Of a DNA stretch of 5,985 nucleotides, positions 5,281 to 5,985 are shown piece after piece (the first letter of the stretch is position 1; every line of letters starts with the position of its first letter). The DNA comes from a virus. Position numbers and translations under genes: made by a program. A model generated the notes under the pieces. That model was given only the letters and a program-made list of their open reading frames with translations. It was not told the DNA's origin and ran no database searches. Location of the stretch: positions 1-5,985 of the IMG/VR virus record IMGVR_UViG_3300000234_000180; one strand, given 5' to 3'.

Positions 5281-5985
5281 ATATAAATTTTGTGCAAAAA
5301 ATTTGCAAAATTTTATTTAATTTTTATTTTTTCGTGAAATTTTATGTTTCTTAATTGTCTTTCATATACTTTCCTATTCCAGTCTTGTATATTATTACCA
5401 TAACCTAATCTGCTGTTTTCTGTTCTGGCTATATCTAATAATTTATAATAGTGTTCTTCGTTTTCCGCTTTTATTCCGTTAACGTATCTTTCGTTTTTAT
5501 CTAATTTATTTAGCCAGAGTGTCTCCCGTTCTTCTTCTGTATATAGGTAATTCCTGTAATATATAGGATTTTGTATTTTATAATTTTCTCTTGTTTGGTA
5601 ATAGTCTTTTGTATTTTCATTTTTAAATTTATGGTCATTACTTTTTACGCTGTCTATATATCCGCTGCCAATTCCTGCACTTGTAAATATTTTTGGGTTG
5701 TATTCTTTATGCGTTGTGTCTGTTTTATATATATACTTTACTATATAGTTTATTGTTTTTTCGTTTACGTAACCTTTATGTTCTTGATTGTCATATATAT
5801 AACCATATTTCCATTTATTACGGATGTAATCTGATGATTTATCAGTAAATATTAATCCGTGTAAGTGTATGTGTTCTGTGTTCTTGTGTCCTAATTCTGT
5901 TACTAACCAATGCTTTACACTTGTTTTATTATCTTTTCTCCATCTTTCCAGAAAACGTCTTACAGCTAATCTACAGATGTCATTT
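5279..5985. repeat. Right copy of the terminal redundancy (matches 1-707)
   Basis: Same evidence as for the left copy. All lines I compared by eye were identical. Confidence 0.95.
5313..5985 (-). CDS. VP4: Redundant partial copy of the VP4 replication initiator (C-terminal ~224 aa, truncated by the window end). It matches 35-707 and is not an independent gene.
   Basis: It lies wholly inside the 5279-5985 terminal redundancy, and its stop codon at 5313-5315 corresponds to 35-37. Confidence 0.9.
   Translation of the reverse strand, partial: NDICRLAVRRFLERWRKDNKTSVKHWLVTELGHKNTEHIHLHGLIFTDKSSDYIRNKWKYGYIYDNQEHKGYVNEKTINYIVKYIYKTDTTHKEYNPKIFTSAGIGSGYIDSVKSNDHKFKNENTKDYYQTRENYKIQNPIYYRNYLYTEEERETLWLNKLDKNERYVNGIKAENEEHYYKLLDIARTENSRLGYGNNIQDWNRKVYERQLRNIKFHEKIKIK

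Noticed and set aside
293-5834. Ten plus-strand ORFs in the track: 293..556, 732..920, 1276..1851, 1676..1981, 1960..2259, 2328..2585, 3343..3546, 3709..3948, 4896..5105 and 5571..5834
   Set aside because: All of them lie antisense to well-supported minus-strand genes. Their translations are low-complexity strings rich in F, L, I, V and C, as expected when the T-rich complement of an A-rich coding strand is read. None has a recognisable motif. 293..556 and 5571..5834 are the same sequence counted twice because of the redundancy.
1-5985. Search for tRNA, rRNA, CRISPR repeats, integrase, transposase or toxin-antitoxin-like pairs
   Set aside because: I saw no regularly spaced repeats, no cloverleaf-compatible GC-rich segments and no additional long ORFs on either strand. 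The genome is fully accounted for by the microvirus gene set and two non-coding regions.

Overview
The window holds one complete circular ssDNA phage genome of the family Microviridae, plus a terminal overlap. Bases 1-707 are repeated at 5279-5985 (offset 5278; every stretch I compared by eye was identical), so the unit length is 5,278 nt and the window is a linearised circle with a redundant end. All credible genes lie on the window minus strand. In transcription order they are: a previously untracked 54-aa hydrophobic ORF, two small orphan ORFs (97 and 72 aa), the major capsid protein VP1 (651 aa), a 99-aa acidic ORF that may be a scaffolding protein, a strong hairpin plus T-run terminator, the pilot/minor capsid protein VP2, and the HUH rolling-circle replication initiator VP4. 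A roughly 230-nt AT-rich non-coding region follows, carrying three small palindromes and a Bacteroidota-type -7 promoter box. No rRNA, tRNA, CRISPR array, integrase or transposase is visible. The plus-strand ORFs in the track are antisense shadows. The most interesting items are the unannotated small membrane-protein ORF, which is coupled by an ATGA overlap and is a lysis candidate, the GC-rich terminator or ssDNA hairpin that separates the high-copy structural genes from VP2/VP4 and moves the VP2 start, the palindrome cluster in the non-coding region, and the absence of Shine-Dalgarno sequences, which points to a Bacteroidota-like host. The gene set and the VP1 N-terminal motifs resemble gut-type (Alpavirinae-like) microviruses. 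That subfamily placement comes from memory of family motifs and needs a database search.
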